Shown here piece by piece: positions 1-13,951 of a stretch of 64,000 bases of DNA. The stretch's first letter is position 1, and every line of letters begins with the position of its first letter. This DNA comes from Octopus sinensis (taxonomy: Eukaryota): positions 42,842,001 to 42,906,000 of the forward strand of contig NC_043008.1 of NCBI RefSeq assembly GCF_006345805.1, in the 5' to 3' direction. A program made the translations under genes and the position numbers. The notes below the pieces were generated by a model. It was given only the letters and a program-made list of their open reading frames with translations. It made no database searches and was not told the DNA's origin.

Positions 1-539
1 ACACAATTCAATATAATGAATGTTCGACGAGGGAAAAATAAAACCCTTCTGACCAAAAACAAAAAACAAACACCTTATCGCAAAATAAATACTATTTCTA
101 TTTATTCATTTAATTATAAAATTTTTGTTGGTGGTTGTCGTGGCGGGATGGGATGGGACGTTATTTTTTTCATTTCGCTTGTTTCATTTTTATATTTTTA
201 GGGAATTTTCAATGATACTTGTTTCTTTTTGTTTTTCTTTTGTTTTTCTTTTGTTTTTCATTGTTCCGTTTATTGATTCGGTTTAGTGTCTTCGTCTAAA
301 ATATATTGAGATTTAATACCTCAAGTCAGTTCACATTCTCTCCAACCCATGCCCACCACCCCCCAAAAAACTATTTCTCTATTGTTTGTTCAGTGAAGAG
401 GTAGAGACTGAAACAACAACACCAACAACAACAACAACAACGACGACGATAAACAACAAATACACAAACCATAATTAATGTATTTGCTAAAATATAAATC
501 TCCCCTGCAATGTGTGCCAAAAGTTACAGGCGTTGCAAC

Positions 540-542
540 TGA

Positions 543-595
<53 letters not shown>

Positions 596-635
596 TTACA
601 GTTGCTGCTACTGCTGCTGCTGCTGCTGCTGCTGC
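540..635. repeat. Compound (ACT)n/(GCT)n microsatellite
   Basis: Direct reading; explains the poly-T/A/V ORFs at 390-747. Confidence 0.95.
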
Positions 636-754
636 TTCTGTTGTTCTTGTTACTGCAGCAAATTTCATCTTTGTGTTTATAATGTCAAGTGCCAGGGTTT
701 TCATGGTAATATCTTGGCTGCTACTTTTTTTTTATCCCCTGCATTGATTTTTAA

Positions 755-785
<31 letters not shown>

Positions 786-1402
786 TATATATGTGTGTGT
801 TAGAGTGTTACCTGTCATACGAAGAGCAACATTGAAGGTATAATTTCGCTACCATGGAGAGTGTCGGGAAAGTCTGCACATATAAAAATAATTCTAATTT
901 AACTTTTATTAAATGTGTTGGTGTTTATGCAAAATGATGGATGAATAAACATTTTCAAAAGAAAAAAATTAATTAACCCTAAAATAGACAGAAATAAAAA
1001 ACAAATTTCTCATTTGTATAACTCTTCCCACAACTAGTCCGTCATTTGTCCTCCTCCTCCTCCCCCTCCCCGTCTGTCTTTGATTCTTTCTCTCTCATTG
1101 TGTGTGTCTCTATCGTTCCTTGTCTCGTTACCGACCCAAACGCCTCGTTTATACATTCAGTCTGAATCGCTTATGTCATCTCTCTCTCTGTCACTCTTTT
1201 ACTCCAGTTGCCCCTTCTCTTTTAGGAATTGTAAAGTGTTACTGGAGAACCAACCCACCAACCAACCAACATTTATATCGGCTATTATGTATGTATATAT
1301 ATGCTAGGGTTTTCATGGTAACAGCAACAACATGTATGCGTGTGAGTGTATGTGTATGTACATATGTTTATACATACAAACATACATATATACATACATG
1401 CA

Positions 1403-1445
<43 letters not shown>

Positions 1446-1573
1446 TATATATATAAATCCTGTTGTGTGTATGTGTATGTAAAAGATTATAACGACTGTA
1501 TTTTTCAACTGATTTTCTCCAAACTGGGAACATACATTACTTATGTTCTGGGGATGGTTTTAGACTCTGAAAA

Positions 1574-2760
1574 TCTTTCATAATAATGAATAACAGGCTT
1601 CCTAGGGGCAGAATACACCCGCTCCTGGGTTTTCACTTTCATTTTTCAGACGCTATTGTTTTCACATTAAGTTCAATCGCTATTGCTTTCACTGTAAGTT
1701 TTCAATCGCTATTTACAAGCAACAACGTCGAATTACTGACAGAAAGAAGTTCACAATTACTGATGACAGATATTTCATATATAATTTACTGACTGATGCA
1801 ACTTCATAAATTTCTCTTCAATCCGTACACTTCGTTAAATTTGCCTACAAATTTCTTGTTTACTTTTGCAAAGTTTTGTATTTTTTGTTGTTGACGGAAT
1901 TACTGATAATAGAAAGTTCATAATTTAGTGACAGAAATAACTTCAAACATTTCACTTAAATCCGTACATTTAGTTAATTTCCCTAAAAATTTCTTATTTG
2001 CTTTTGCAACAGTTTTGTGCTTTTCTGTTGTCAAAGTCTTTTTTCTGGTTCTTTCGAAACTAGCTCTTTAGTTCACTGACAAAATATCGCTTCAACTCGT
2101 ACAATTCTTTATTTTCCGTAAAAATTTCTTATTTACTTTCTGCCCGTCGTATTACGAAATATAATTTCCGTTCCCCAGTTATTTTCATTGATTACTATCT
2201 ACTGCACCCGTGTATTTCTGTATAGTTATGTAACCATGCCTAGAGGGAAAGTGTCAAATTTGTCTACAATGTCAAGGTCAGCCAAAAGAATGTTTTTATC
2301 CAGGGAAAGAGAGACAGCTACAGAAAGGGAAGCATACCAAGAAACGAACAGACTGTGCACTACAAAATCCAGAGCATCTCAAAGTGATGAACAGAGGTAT
2401 GCATGGCTGACAAGGAATAGGATCTCCACTACAGAACGAAGAGCAGCTGCAACAGCTCAGAGAAACAACTTCTATGAAGCAGCTTTCAATTATGATCCAG
2501 CAATTCATTTATGCAGATGACACTAGAGTTTCCATTGGTGCACTGAGAACTGAGTGCATACATTGTAAAGTAAGGGAGTGGCCTGAAGAGATACCTGCAC
2601 TTTGCTGCAGCGGTGATAAGGTTAAACTCCCTGATATCCCCCAGCCCCTAGAGCCATTGAAGAAACTGTTGTCATCAACTGACCAAGATTCCAAGCACTC
2701 CCAAAACAAAATTAGACGGTACAACGCTGCCCTACAGATGACACCATTTCACACAATTCC
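1574..2760 (+). mobile_element. 5' part of a Helitron, truncated
   Basis: Contains a RepHel N-terminal coding relic (2236-2749). Upstream region has about three diverged internal repeats (1730-2140). Putative A^TC 5' terminus at 1574 is tentative; no CTRR 3' end identified. Confidence 0.7.
2236..2749 (+). pseudogene. Helitron Rep/helicase N-terminal fragment, frameshifted and truncated
   Basis: MPRGK...AAFNYDPAIH, +1 frameshift near 2509, then YADD..IG..ECIHCK..WPEE..LCCSGDKVKLPDIPQPLEPLKKLL..SKH..KIRRYNAALQMT. This matches the CxxC..CC..G.V.LP..P.PL..LL..IR.YN..QMT motif of Helitron N-termini. Confidence 0.88.
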
Positions 2761-2844
2761 GTCAGCGGACAGTTCATGAATACAAAAGCACGCTGGACTG
2801 TTTTTTATTTTTCTCTTTTTGGTCGACCTCCTTTTCACATCTAC

Positions 2845-3195
2845 AAGATGATCACGACCGGAACGCTTTTTATCACAGGTCTGTTTGATTAGACCTACTA
2901 GAAATAACAGTCAGGTCACTCAAATCACATTTTACCCCCTTAACGATACGCTGCAGAATGTAGGCTGTGATGTGCAAAATATCGGATGGTCACGGTTGGA
3001 GAGCTTTTATCATATGGATACTAAAGCTAGAGATAAGCAGTCAAATATTCCTCAAATCATTGATACAATTCTCTCCAAAAGGGAAGAACACGCGTGATAT
3101 TGAAGAATTTGATTTACAAAAGACAGGACATTTGTGACCGGAACATTGTTTAGCGCTGGTTTGTTCATTAAAGGCAAGCTTTAGGCTAGAAATAG
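2845..3195. repeat. Diverged unclassified interspersed repeat (AGAAATAGCAG/GATGGTCA family)
   Basis: Motifs ctagaaata(a/g)cag..ctcaaatcac and gatggtcacggttgga recur at 29040-29260. Confidence 0.5.
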
Positions 3196-3663
3196 CAAAA
3201 ACGACAAAGACAACAGCAACAGTAACAAGAACAAGATCAAGAACAGCAATAACAAAATAGCAAAGTTGCATTTTAATATGGTAAGAATGAATGCAGGGAG
3301 TTTTTACCGATTTTTTTTGCAACGCTCCCTACTGTGTAGAGGTTTTTTGTGTGTACGTAAGCACGTATACATCTATATATGTATATGTGTATGTATACAC
3401 ACACACATGTGTATATATTTATATATATCTGTGTGCGTATGTCTGCATGTATCATGTGTAGGTTTAATGTATCCACGTATGCTGTAAGCTCACACAGATA
3501 CACACAGGAAACGTTAGCGACATAAATTCGTTGAAAATATCTTGCCACAAATGATGTCAATTCTTTTGTGACCGCGCTTAGCAAAGTCGGAAGGAATTCC
3601 CGTCAGATAGGAAATAATTTTAATAGCATTTCGTGTGTGTATGAGCGTGAGCGTGCATGCATG

Positions 3664-3818
3664 TATATATCTATATCTATATCTATATCTATATCTATAT
3701 CTATATCTATATCTATATCTATATCTATATCTATATCTATATCTATATCTATATCTATATCTATATCTATCTATCTATATATCTATCTATCTATCATCTC
3801 TCTCTCTCTCTCTCTCTC

Positions 3819-3860
<42 letters not shown>
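3664..3860. repeat. (ATATCT)n hexamer array grading into (CT)n and (TA)n
   Basis: Direct reading. Confidence 0.95.
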
Positions 3861-3861
<1 letters not shown>

Positions 3862-4730
3862 GCATACACACATATATATATATATATATATGGGTGTATA
3901 TATATTTATATGTAAAGTCATGTATAATATAAGTGTGTATTTGTGTGTGTAATACGGATACTAATACAAACATAGAGAGAAGGATTAAGCGAACGATTGT
4001 ACACGAAAAAATAATACGAATATACAGACATCAAAAGCTGCACATATCTTTAAAAAAAATCAATATTCCCCTTTACCCCCAGTTTACTTTCTCTTTCTCT
4101 CTCGCTCGCTATCAATCTCCCTCTCTTTTTCTCTCTTTCTATCCTCCCACAGTTTATCCATAAGCAAGAAGTGTCCATGTGATGTATATTAAAAAGGTCA
4201 AATATGTATCACAACAACTGACTAAACACATTAAAATGTCAACAGATCTGCAAAACTATGACAAACGGAAACATAAATCTTAGTTTTTTCCCCGTTAAAA
4301 TGTTTGCCACAAATATCACACTGCTGTGTGTGTGTCTGTGTGTGTGTGTGTGTCTATATAAGTATGTATACACACACACACCCATCTCTCTCTCTACGTA
4401 TATATATATATATATATATATATACACCACACACAAATATAATATATATCAATATCAGGAACATCAAATATTTGTTTACGTTCGTGTCTCCACATCATCA
4501 TCATCAACATCATCATCATCATCAACAACAACAACAACAATAACAACAGCAACAACTTCAAGGTCAAGGTCAACATCAACAAGCTTGTGTTGACCTTATT
4601 TTCAATTATGTGCTTAATGTAATTGATTATCATCATCATCATCATCATCACCATCGTTATCGCAGTCGTCATCGTCTTGGTGATCGTGGAGGTCGTGGTG
4701 GGGATGGCCGCGATCATCACAGTGATGGCC

Positions 4731-5082
4731 GCACATACATCACAATTTATCAAGATAAACAGCGCATGACCTTGCAAGTGGGGCCCAGGTAGAATTTTCT
4801 TCAGGTCGAATAGTGCTTCCCGCTCAAAAAGTTCTTGAATGAAGGTTGTTTAAGGATGATGAACGAAGCACCCATGTCTCCAAAACTGAATTATTCAAAT
4901 TCCAAAGAATTCCTCTCAAAACATGGCTATGATGCTCCTCCACTACTTCTGGTCGAGCTCAGAAATACCCATATCACCAGTTACTAAGGGACATGTTCAA
5001 CTTCTTAAGGTCAAGCAACTGACAATCAAATCTGTGATATTGAGCAGAATATTTGCATTAGCCCATATTTTTATACCAAGAC
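4731..5082 (-). mobile_element. Non-coding interspersed retro-repeat associated with (TAA)n (family T), copy 1
   Basis: Strong similarity to 49574-50040 and to the reverse complement of 60204-60691; abuts an (ATT)n tract. Confidence 0.8.
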
Positions 5083-5092
5083 ATTATTATTA

Positions 5093-5133
<41 letters not shown>

Positions 5134-5438
5134 TTATTATTATTATTATTATTACTATTATTATTATTATTAAGATCATAACTATAGCATTCCTCGACTG
5201 CTCTTTTTGCGTCTCTAAAGAAATATTTATTTGGAATGTCTACTCCTTCGTTTCTTGTGGAAGGGATAAGTTTCTGATAGTCACATATTACATCTGCTGC
5301 TGCCAATATCCCCTGCTTAGATGGGGGTCAGCATTCTATTTGCAATGATGTACACGTGTTAACTGTACGGAACATTTCAGCTAAGTTAACCGAACACTAC
5401 GAAATGTATTCTAAATAGAGAATACCTGTCTCTATCCT

Positions 5439-5768
5439 GCTCAGTGGTTAGAGCGTCGAGCTTACGATCGTGAGGTTGTGAGCTCGAATCCCGGACCGGG
5501 CTGCGTGTTGTGTTCTTGAGCAAGACACTTTATTTCACGCCGCTCCAGTTCACTCAGCTGTAGAAATGAGTTGCGACGTCACAGGTGTCAAGCTGTATCG
5601 GTCCTTGCCTTTCCCTTGGACAACATCGGTGACGTGGAGAGGGGAGGCCGGTATGCATGGGCGACTGCTGGTCTTCCATAAAACAACCTTGCCCAGACTT
5701 GTGCCTCAGAGGGTAACTCTTTAGGTGCAAACCCATGCTCAGTGCCTGACCGAAGGGGGTCACCACCA
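5439..5768 (+). mobile_element. tRNA-derived SINE with CORE-like central domain, tail type 1
   Basis: A box GCTCAGTGG, B box GCTCGAATCC, then TTGAGCAAGACACTTTATTTCAC..CCAGTTCACTCAGCTG shared with the SINEs at 18818 and 46156. Confidence 0.85.
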
Positions 5769-5861
5769 TATGTATGTATATATTTACATATGTATGTATG
5801 GATATATATTAATTGATTAATCTCTATTTTCTTATTTTTCTTATATATATGTATATATATG

Positions 5862-6062
5862 ATGAGAATTTACAAAAAAGCAAACAAACAAACAAACAGA
5901 AAGCGAAGACGGGTGTGTAAACAACAAATCGATGTATTCGTTTAACGCCCGGGAAGTAAGAAAGTCTTTTACGTTTCGAGCCTATGTTCTTCGACAGAAA
6001 GGAACACAGAAAAAAACAGGGAGAGATAAAAAGGTTTAGTGGCTAGCGATCTATCATGGCGA
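5862..6062 (-). mobile_element. Short non-autonomous Penelope-like terminal element in (TA)n
   Basis: Reverse-complement match to 42795-42970; contains a minimal HHR motif; flanked by TA repeats. Confidence 0.7.
5966..6001 (-). ncRNA. Minimal type I hammerhead-like motif, variant core CUGUCGA
   Basis: Minus strand: CTTT CTGTCGA A GAAC ATAG GCTC GAAA CG TA AAAG. Stem I CTTT/AAAG, palindromic ACGT stem III, GUA site, one stem II mismatch. Confidence 0.65.
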
Positions 6063-6084
6063 ATATATATGTTTACGCGCGCGC

Positions 6085-6262
6085 GCGTGTGTCTTTGTGT
6101 TTGAGTTTGTCCCGACCTCTGCTTGCCAACCGGTCAAGAATGACCTATAGAATAAGTACCAGGCTTATAAAGATAATAAGTTTTGGGGTCGACTCATTCA
6201 ATTCCTGAAGGCGTTGCCCAGCATAATCGAAGCCCAAAGTCTGAGAAAGTAAAATATAAAAG
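6085..6262 (+). mobile_element. 3' fragment of the microsatellite-containing SINE family
   Basis: Matches the 3' half of 19271-19635 (atagaataagtaccaggctt..ggggtcga..gaaag/aagtaaaa). Confidence 0.7.
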
Positions 6263-6623
6263 ATTTGTTAGTTTTCCATTTTAGTTTCTGTGGGAGAGTT
6301 AGGTTGGGTGCCTGGTTGGCCAGAAGGCTCGAGGATTGGTTCGAAGGAAAAGTGGCTGGCTGGCTGGTTGGGCTGGTCGAAGGCTGGCTTGTTGTTCAAT
6401 CGGTTGGCGTGCCGGTTGGTTGGTTGGTTGATCGGCTGTTCGTTGGTTCGATGATTGGTAGAATCGATCGATCTGTTTGTTCAATCAAGTGAATGTCAAA
6501 AAACAACTCCAGAACCATTTGACATTTTGTGTGTGGATAACCTCGACTCGCTCGATTATGGCTTATCTCCAGACACTCGGAATACAGAAATGTGTTGACA
6601 CAAAGCTATGTAAACACCATATG

Positions 6624-6675
<52 letters not shown>

Positions 6676-8267
6676 ATATATATATTATATATATATATAC
6701 ATATATATATACATATATATATATGTGTATATATGTATGTATATGTATACACACGCATATTTATAAACCAATTTAATATATTTACACACAGATGGACACA
6801 CATATATGCATGTTTGTATGTCTGTCTATTCCCTGATATATATAATTATGTATAGTAGATATGTATATATATGCATGTATATATGTGAGGTTTCTGTATG
6901 TATGTATCCATATATATCCATATATATCTCTTCCTCCCCTCTCCTCTTCTATCTCCCCTCTCCCCTCTCTCTTCCCTCTCTTTCTCTATCTCCCTTCTCT
7001 CCTCTCTCTCATCCTTATTTCCTCTCTCCCCCCTCTATCTCCCCTCTCCCTTCTCTCTTTATATATATGTAGCCAGAGAGAGAAAGAGAAAGAGCGAGTG
7101 TGTAATTCAACATATTTTAGAATATAAATATATTCACCTGTGCATGGACACATGTATGAATTTATGCACGCATGTGTGCGTGTATATATATATTTATAAT
7201 AAGTGTAGGTCGTATACGAGTGGGTATATATTTATAAAAATGAAGTTTGAAAACGCCACTATATAAGATAGATTTTAATTTTCTTAGAAATTTTACATGT
7301 TTCGGTTCTTGAAAAAACGAACCTTATCAAAAATATTTTAAAAAGCTAAGTGTAATAAAAAAGTTCATAATTGTTTCTTACTGGTTTCAACAGAATCCAC
7401 GTGATGGCTTTTTTGGGGAGTAAGCATAATAGCTGTCTTATGTGTTGGAATAAAAATAAAGTAATGGTCAGTGGGTGAAATGGCAGTTGCAGCAGTGACT
7501 GTTGGTGGTAGTAGCCAAACCTCGATCTTCTCTGACCAGCAATTCAATTCCTGGAAACCCACAAACCTGTAGTATCTTCTCTCTACCAACTCATATCGTG
7601 TGTGCAGCAACTTTAGCTGACCTAATCACTTAATATGTGTACAACGTCCACCTTGGTCCACTCGGATGCAGATTCTTTTATAAAAGCCCTGTTGTGACTC
7701 ACACCCAGAAATTCTGCCAGAAACTCGTCACAGCCTTTCAGCCATTAAACCAAACCGGTTTCTTTATTTCCTTGTAGTTACAAATCCCAGGAAATTCCAA
7801 TCTGGACAAAACCTGCACCAAACAATCAGTGACAATCCGTAATTATCATGGTGGCTGCACTTTTCTAATTTCAAAAGTTAAACAGACATGTGTAAATATG
7901 GCGGTATTGGTGACAGCGTCAATGACATCTCTGCTTATTGTAGCAGCAGTTAATCCTGATTAAGCAGGTCGATGGTAAACAATAGATACTGTTTCATCAC
8001 TTGTCATCACTATACAGGCTTCTCCGTCCACTTCGATAGTCACATGACGTCACTAATCTCTAATTTCCTCCGTCCAGGATTACAATGTATATTTAGTTTG
8101 GATCCACAAACAGAAACTCGATGCGAATAGATTAAACAGGGTCGAAGCAGAATTAATTATTTAAAGTAGTCACCATAAAATGAAGTGTTGAATATTCTAT
8201 TTTGTGTATGAATGTCTTGTACTTTAAAAGAAGTACAAAGGAATATATATATATATATATATACGAT

Positions 8268-8812
8268 TGTGTCTGACGAGAGTCATTCTCTTTTAGTGAC
8301 TTATTGATTTAACACACGCACCGGTAAAATTTCCACTCACTCATTTATTTTTACTAAAATTTGCGTTGCGTCTTGTAACCTATTCAATGGTCGTTGATTC
8401 TGTCCGTTATCGGAACTACGTTTTGTTTTGTTTGTTTGTGCGCATGCGTGTGCGTCAATGTGCGTGTGCATACACATTTGCATGTATGTATGCGTGTGTA
8501 TGCATGTTTGTGTATGTGTATGCACACATACATACATACATACGTATATGCACACGCACACCTACACACACGCATGCGAACAAACAAACAAAAACAACGC
8601 AATTCCGATAACGGACAGAGTCAACGACAATTGAAAAGGTTGCAGAACGTAACGAAAATTTTCGTAAAAATAAATATGTAAACGAGGGCAACTTTACCGG
8701 TGAATGTACTAAATCAATAAGGCACTAAAACAGAATGACTCTCTCCAGACACAATAAAATACGCTTCAACACACGAATTCACATAAAGAATCTTGCAAAC
8801 CAAATACAAAAA

Positions 8813-8815
<3 letters not shown>
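8268..8815. mobile_element. Fold-back PLE-like element with ~185-bp inverted arms around an AC/GT microsatellite
   Basis: 8268-8450 is the imperfect reverse complement of 8570-8753; homologous to 24133-24395 and 51938-52200; (TA)n on both sides. Confidence 0.75.
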
Positions 8816-8851
<36 letters not shown>

Positions 8852-8950
8852 TAGTAATAGTATGACAACAAAAGAATGAATGAGACCTCGATATTATGTA
8901 AATAGAGGAATTTATCTGTAATATAATATGGGACAATTATTCGGTTACCA

Positions 8951-9013
8951 TAATAAAACTCAGAGTTTCGGATGTCGGGGCGGAAATCTGCTCTGGCATC
9001 TCGTCAGTTATTA
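8951..9013 (-). ncRNA. Type I hammerhead ribozyme motif
   Basis: Minus strand: TAATAA CTGACGA GATG..CATC C GAAA CTCTGAG TT TTATTA. 6-bp stem I, intact core, long imperfect stem II, stem III ACTC-T-GAGT, GUU site. Lies in a TA-flanked element (~8850-9040). Confidence 0.75.
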
Positions 9014-9756
9014 GGACAAACAAAAATGCTATGAAAATCTATGAAAATCTATGAATATATATATATATATTCACACACACACACATAATATACATACATT
9101 TATGACAAGGCCTCACTGTCGGTGACCGTAAACAGAAGCGTAAATATACTCTTTCTATTTCACTGATGTGCAAAAAACTGACTGGACTTTTGGTGGACCG
9201 TCTCATGGATTGCTGGCCGCTCCTCAAAGAAGTCACGCACGATTTGTTTTTCAGTCAATAGATTAGATCAGCAGCTATATAAAAATGTCAGAAATCAGGC
9301 TATCAGCGTGATAAAAAGTATAATTAGCATATTTATAAACAATATCTATTTTGTACATGACACAGCAAGGATTGAAATAAATCGAAATGTTACAAAGCCC
9401 CAGAGTAGGACTTTATAATAATATGTATATTGATTCATGTACCTGATGCTCCTCTTTGCAAACAGCCAGAGCGTAGGCAGAATCTATTTACATTCTTATT
9501 TAACCAACAGAAGAGTTTTGTAATATTTAAATATGCTTAATTTATTCTGATATATGGTGTCGTGCATAAATTAAATATTGTTTACACACACAAACACGCC
9601 ATTTTACAGAAGATGCAGGCTCCACACCCACGAAAAACTTACTCTCTAAAGGGTTTTCATTCAGCATTTGTACTCTGTTACTTATAGCTTGATCTACTTC
9701 GAGCTCCATCGTTAAAAAAGGACATATATGTGTATATCAATATATATATAATATAT

Positions 9757-9802
<46 letters not shown>

Positions 9803-10211
9803 ATGTTGTGTGTGCGGGTATTACGTATACTAGCATACACACAATCACATTGTGTACAATCACATAGTATAATGTGCATCCTCTTCCTCTTCTTCGTCAT
9901 CGTCGTCGTCCACCTCTTCTTTCTCCTCCACTTTCTCTTCCTTCTCCACCTCCTCAGCATCGGCATCATCATCATCAACAATTATGGCACAAAACCCCAT
10001 CAACAAACGCCGAAGCGAATATAAACCATATCGGGAGAAATAGCCGCGAGTCCTTTGAAACCTGCGTGAAACATAAAACCTGCATGGAACTATATACACG
10101 TATATATATGTAATATATATATATATGTATATATCTAGATACCACATATATATATTAGGTGTATATATATATATATATATTATATAACCTATATAATATA
10201 CATATATATAC

Positions 10212-10242
<31 letters not shown>

Positions 10243-10339
10243 TCATATATATACATATAGACATATACATACAATTATATATATGTATATAATATATTAG
10301 ATATATATCTATATACATATATATATATCATATATATAT

Positions 10340-10379
<40 letters not shown>

Positions 10380-10585
10380 TATAATTGTATGTATATGTAT
10401 ATAATTCACATTTCCTTTTATTCAATTGGAATATATAAAGGAGTTGAAAATTATCAATCCAAAACAAAAAGGAAATATGAATCGAAGAATAAAAACGGAT
10501 CAGAAAACGATAAATCGATATATAATTGATTTTATGAAAAAAATATGTGATGGGTATACGTGTGTGCGACACACACACGCACACA

Positions 10586-10623
<38 letters not shown>

Positions 10624-10843
10624 TTGATACACACGCACACATAAATATGTATACATATATGTATATGTATATATATGTAAATACTTACATGCATATATAT
10701 ATATATACATACGTATGTATATTATATATATACACACATATACGTACATATGCAGCATTTATATATAAAAATATAGATATATTTATATGCATATATGCCT
10801 ATCTATTTACGTATATGATTGTGTGGGATCTATCTATCTATCT

Positions 10844-10875
<32 letters not shown>

Positions 10876-10967
10876 CTAGCTATCTATCTATCTATCTATA
10901 CCTATCTATCTACTATCTTCTATCTATCTTATCTAATCGATATCTATCTATCTATCTATATATAAAT

Positions 10968-10998
<31 letters not shown>

Positions 10999-11389
10999 AG
11001 ATATATATATATATATTATACTTACATATGCATACATATATATGTACACACAACACACACACATCACACACCACACACATATATATATATATAGTATATA
11101 ATATATATATATATGATATATATATATATAGTGTATATATAGCGAGAGAGAGAGAGAGGGAAAGAGAAACGAGGAAAAGAGAGAGAGTGGGTGAAGTGAA
11201 GAAAGTGAAAGGGAGGGATATATAAATAGATAGGAGGAAGTCATGAGAGTTGGGGCAGTGTAGTCGGAGGAATGGGCAGTTTACAGGAATCATTGCTGAA
11301 ATGGGAGGCGTATAGTGGGAGGGGGTAGAGCTGGAAAAAGGAAGAAGTACATTAAAAATTCCTAAATATCACATATACGCAAACACATA

Positions 11390-11451
<62 letters not shown>

Positions 11452-11456
11452 AACAA

Positions 11457-11491
<35 letters not shown>

Positions 11492-11724
11492 TGGCGATTA
11501 TGCAACTTGCCAGTCTTGGCGTGTTTGTTTATGTCCCGCTCCTTGCCTTTCCCTATAAATAAAGCCTATTGTATGTCAGGATGCGTAAAAAGGATATCTC
11601 CATTGAAAGGAATTCATACACAAACACTCGTACATTTCCACATACGCACACACATACACACATACACACACACACAGATACACGTATACATACATTTGTA
11701 CGCATAAGCACATATCCATAAACG

Positions 11725-11758
<34 letters not shown>

Positions 11759-12109
11759 AATATATAATAAAACATTATAAACACACATAGACATATATTT
11801 ATAAACATATTTGTGTATGTGTGTAGATATATATATAGATATATATATAATATATATATATATATACATTGTTGTGTGCATTTTTATTTGTATAGTATAT
11901 ATAAATATATGTAAGTGTATATATATATATATATTATATATTTTGTGAAAAAGTTTCTAATGAAAAATAAGGACGGATCGCCTATAATAGAACCGTGTGC
12001 TATTTTCAATGTAAACATATTTATCTACGCTCACCCCACACCACATACTTCTGAGATACGTGCATGGAAACACACACGCGCACGCAGACACACACCTTCA
12101 TACCTAACC

Positions 12110-12140
<31 letters not shown>

Positions 12141-12178
12141 CTTTCGATTTCACAGATATATTCACGTTATATGCAATT

Positions 12179-12210
<32 letters not shown>

Positions 12211-12277
12211 TGTATGTATGTATTATTTATGTATGTATATATATATAATATGTATATATATAATGTATATATATATG

Positions 12278-12310
<33 letters not shown>

Positions 12311-12594
12311 ACACTTATACATTGTGCATATACATTTACCGAGGTGAATATAAAGCTGAATCAATAGTATTTACTTAAAAAAGTGAATGTTATGGATATA
12401 GATGAAAATTGTGTATTTGAAAGCCAACCAGCTTTATTTGTAAGCAGTTGCGCCCGCATACAAACACATGCCCACATACACATATATACACTCTCAGCGC
12501 CAGGCACACATATTTCGTAAATTTATATATATTATATGCATTCCTACCCGCGCGCGTGTAAATATATATATATAAATATAAATATATTATATAT

Positions 12595-12644
<50 letters not shown>

Positions 12645-12734
12645 TGAATATGTATAGATGATATATGTAAAAAGTATGTTAGTGTGTATATAATATGTAT
12701 ATATATCGTAGTAATAATATATATATATATATAT

Positions 12735-13272
12735 ATATTAGGTGCCCCCTCGTTATCGAGTATGACATTGCCCAAGCTAATCAATGTTGTTATCGTGCAA
12801 TGCCTGTGCAAGAAGATATTTTTAAAGTGAGTAAAGGCTGTGCACTGAGTCAATCCCACTCACTAAGCAACAGCAGCCATAATCCGAAAAGAAGAACCAA
12901 GTCAACTCATCGGTAACCACTGAGGCCGTAGGTTTTATGTCGGAGTTATCCCAGTTATATAAGTTACCTTCTCCTAGAAGGATGCCCTAACAAAGGCTAG
13001 GTGTCCTTCACTCCCAATGGTTTAAGCGCGCGATCGGGTATTCAGTCCGATTATTTCTGTCCCCGCGCACGATACAGCCTAAAGACATTTATTGGATGGC
13101 CGTTGACTCTCAAGAGTTCCTCCGCCCTTTGACGGGTTTTGTTTTTCATCTCGCAGGGTGTCCAATAAACATCCTCCTCACCAAGCAAGCTTGGTGGGGT
13201 TGCCGGTTTAGTCGCCGACGACCCGACCATGCAACAGGTTGTACTGGGTTACATGTTACTAGCAGCACTCGA
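12735..13272 (-). mobile_element. Non-autonomous element resembling an RTE-clade LINE 5' UTR
   Basis: Minus strand has GGGCATCCTTCTAGGAGAAGGTAACT and CAGTGCACAGCCTTTACTCACTTTAAAAA, which I recognise as RTE 5' UTR-like motifs; ends in (TA)n; no ORF. Confidence 0.55.
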
Positions 13273-13886
13273 AAAACGCATATGTGTATGGATAAAAGTT
13301 TGTCCGAATTATACAGAATATAAATGATATCAGGTGTTAAATGGGTTGGGTAATGGACTCGTAAAACTCATCCTATTTAACTGATATCATATATATTCTG
13401 TGTAAGTCAGACTGTTTTATATCCATACACATGTACGTTTTTTCAATTAAATGTATTTACTATTCTATGTAAATCGATTTGCCTAACTTGCTTGTCCTTA
13501 CATTTCCTCATTTACCGGCTCAAGTTCAAATCTCTTGAGCAATTCGAAGTGTATACTATATAAAGAATACTCGTCTCTAACCTAAAAACTATCTGTATGT
13601 ATGTACGTATGTGTGTATGAATGTATGTATGTATGTATGTATGTATAATATACAAATAATTATATATGAAAATAAATTACTGACACACGAACGGAAAATT
13701 ACGCGGCGAACTTCATTAGCTTACAGCTGTTTCAGAGTTGGATAATTGTTCATTACCCGACCTTCTGAAATGAAGAGAAAATTAATTTGGAAAACCATGT
13801 GCATACATAGAAAAAATTCGCTTTCGATGGTGATAATTTCCAGTTATGTAAATGCATCCCTAAATTACCTTACACTTCATTTTAGA

Positions 13887-13951
13887 AGCTCTGAGGAAGC
13901 TGTAAGTTGATGAACAAGCACTGCCTCCTATAGTGGAAACAGATGTAAGGA
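13887..13951 (+). ncRNA. Hammerhead motif with long stem II, diverged
   Basis: AGCT CTGAGGA A GCTGTAAG..CCTATAGT G GAAA CAGATG TA AGGA. Homologous to 39439-39519; degenerate inverted copy at ~13655-13790. Confidence 0.6.

Noticed and set aside
5439-5500. tRNA genes at SINE heads (also 16880-16944, 18818, 46156)
   Set aside because: A and B boxes are present but there is no complete acceptor stem, and each continues into a SINE body.
7365-7950. Non-repetitive segment with an 81-aa minus-strand ORF
   Set aside because: No recognisable motif and no sustained reading frame.
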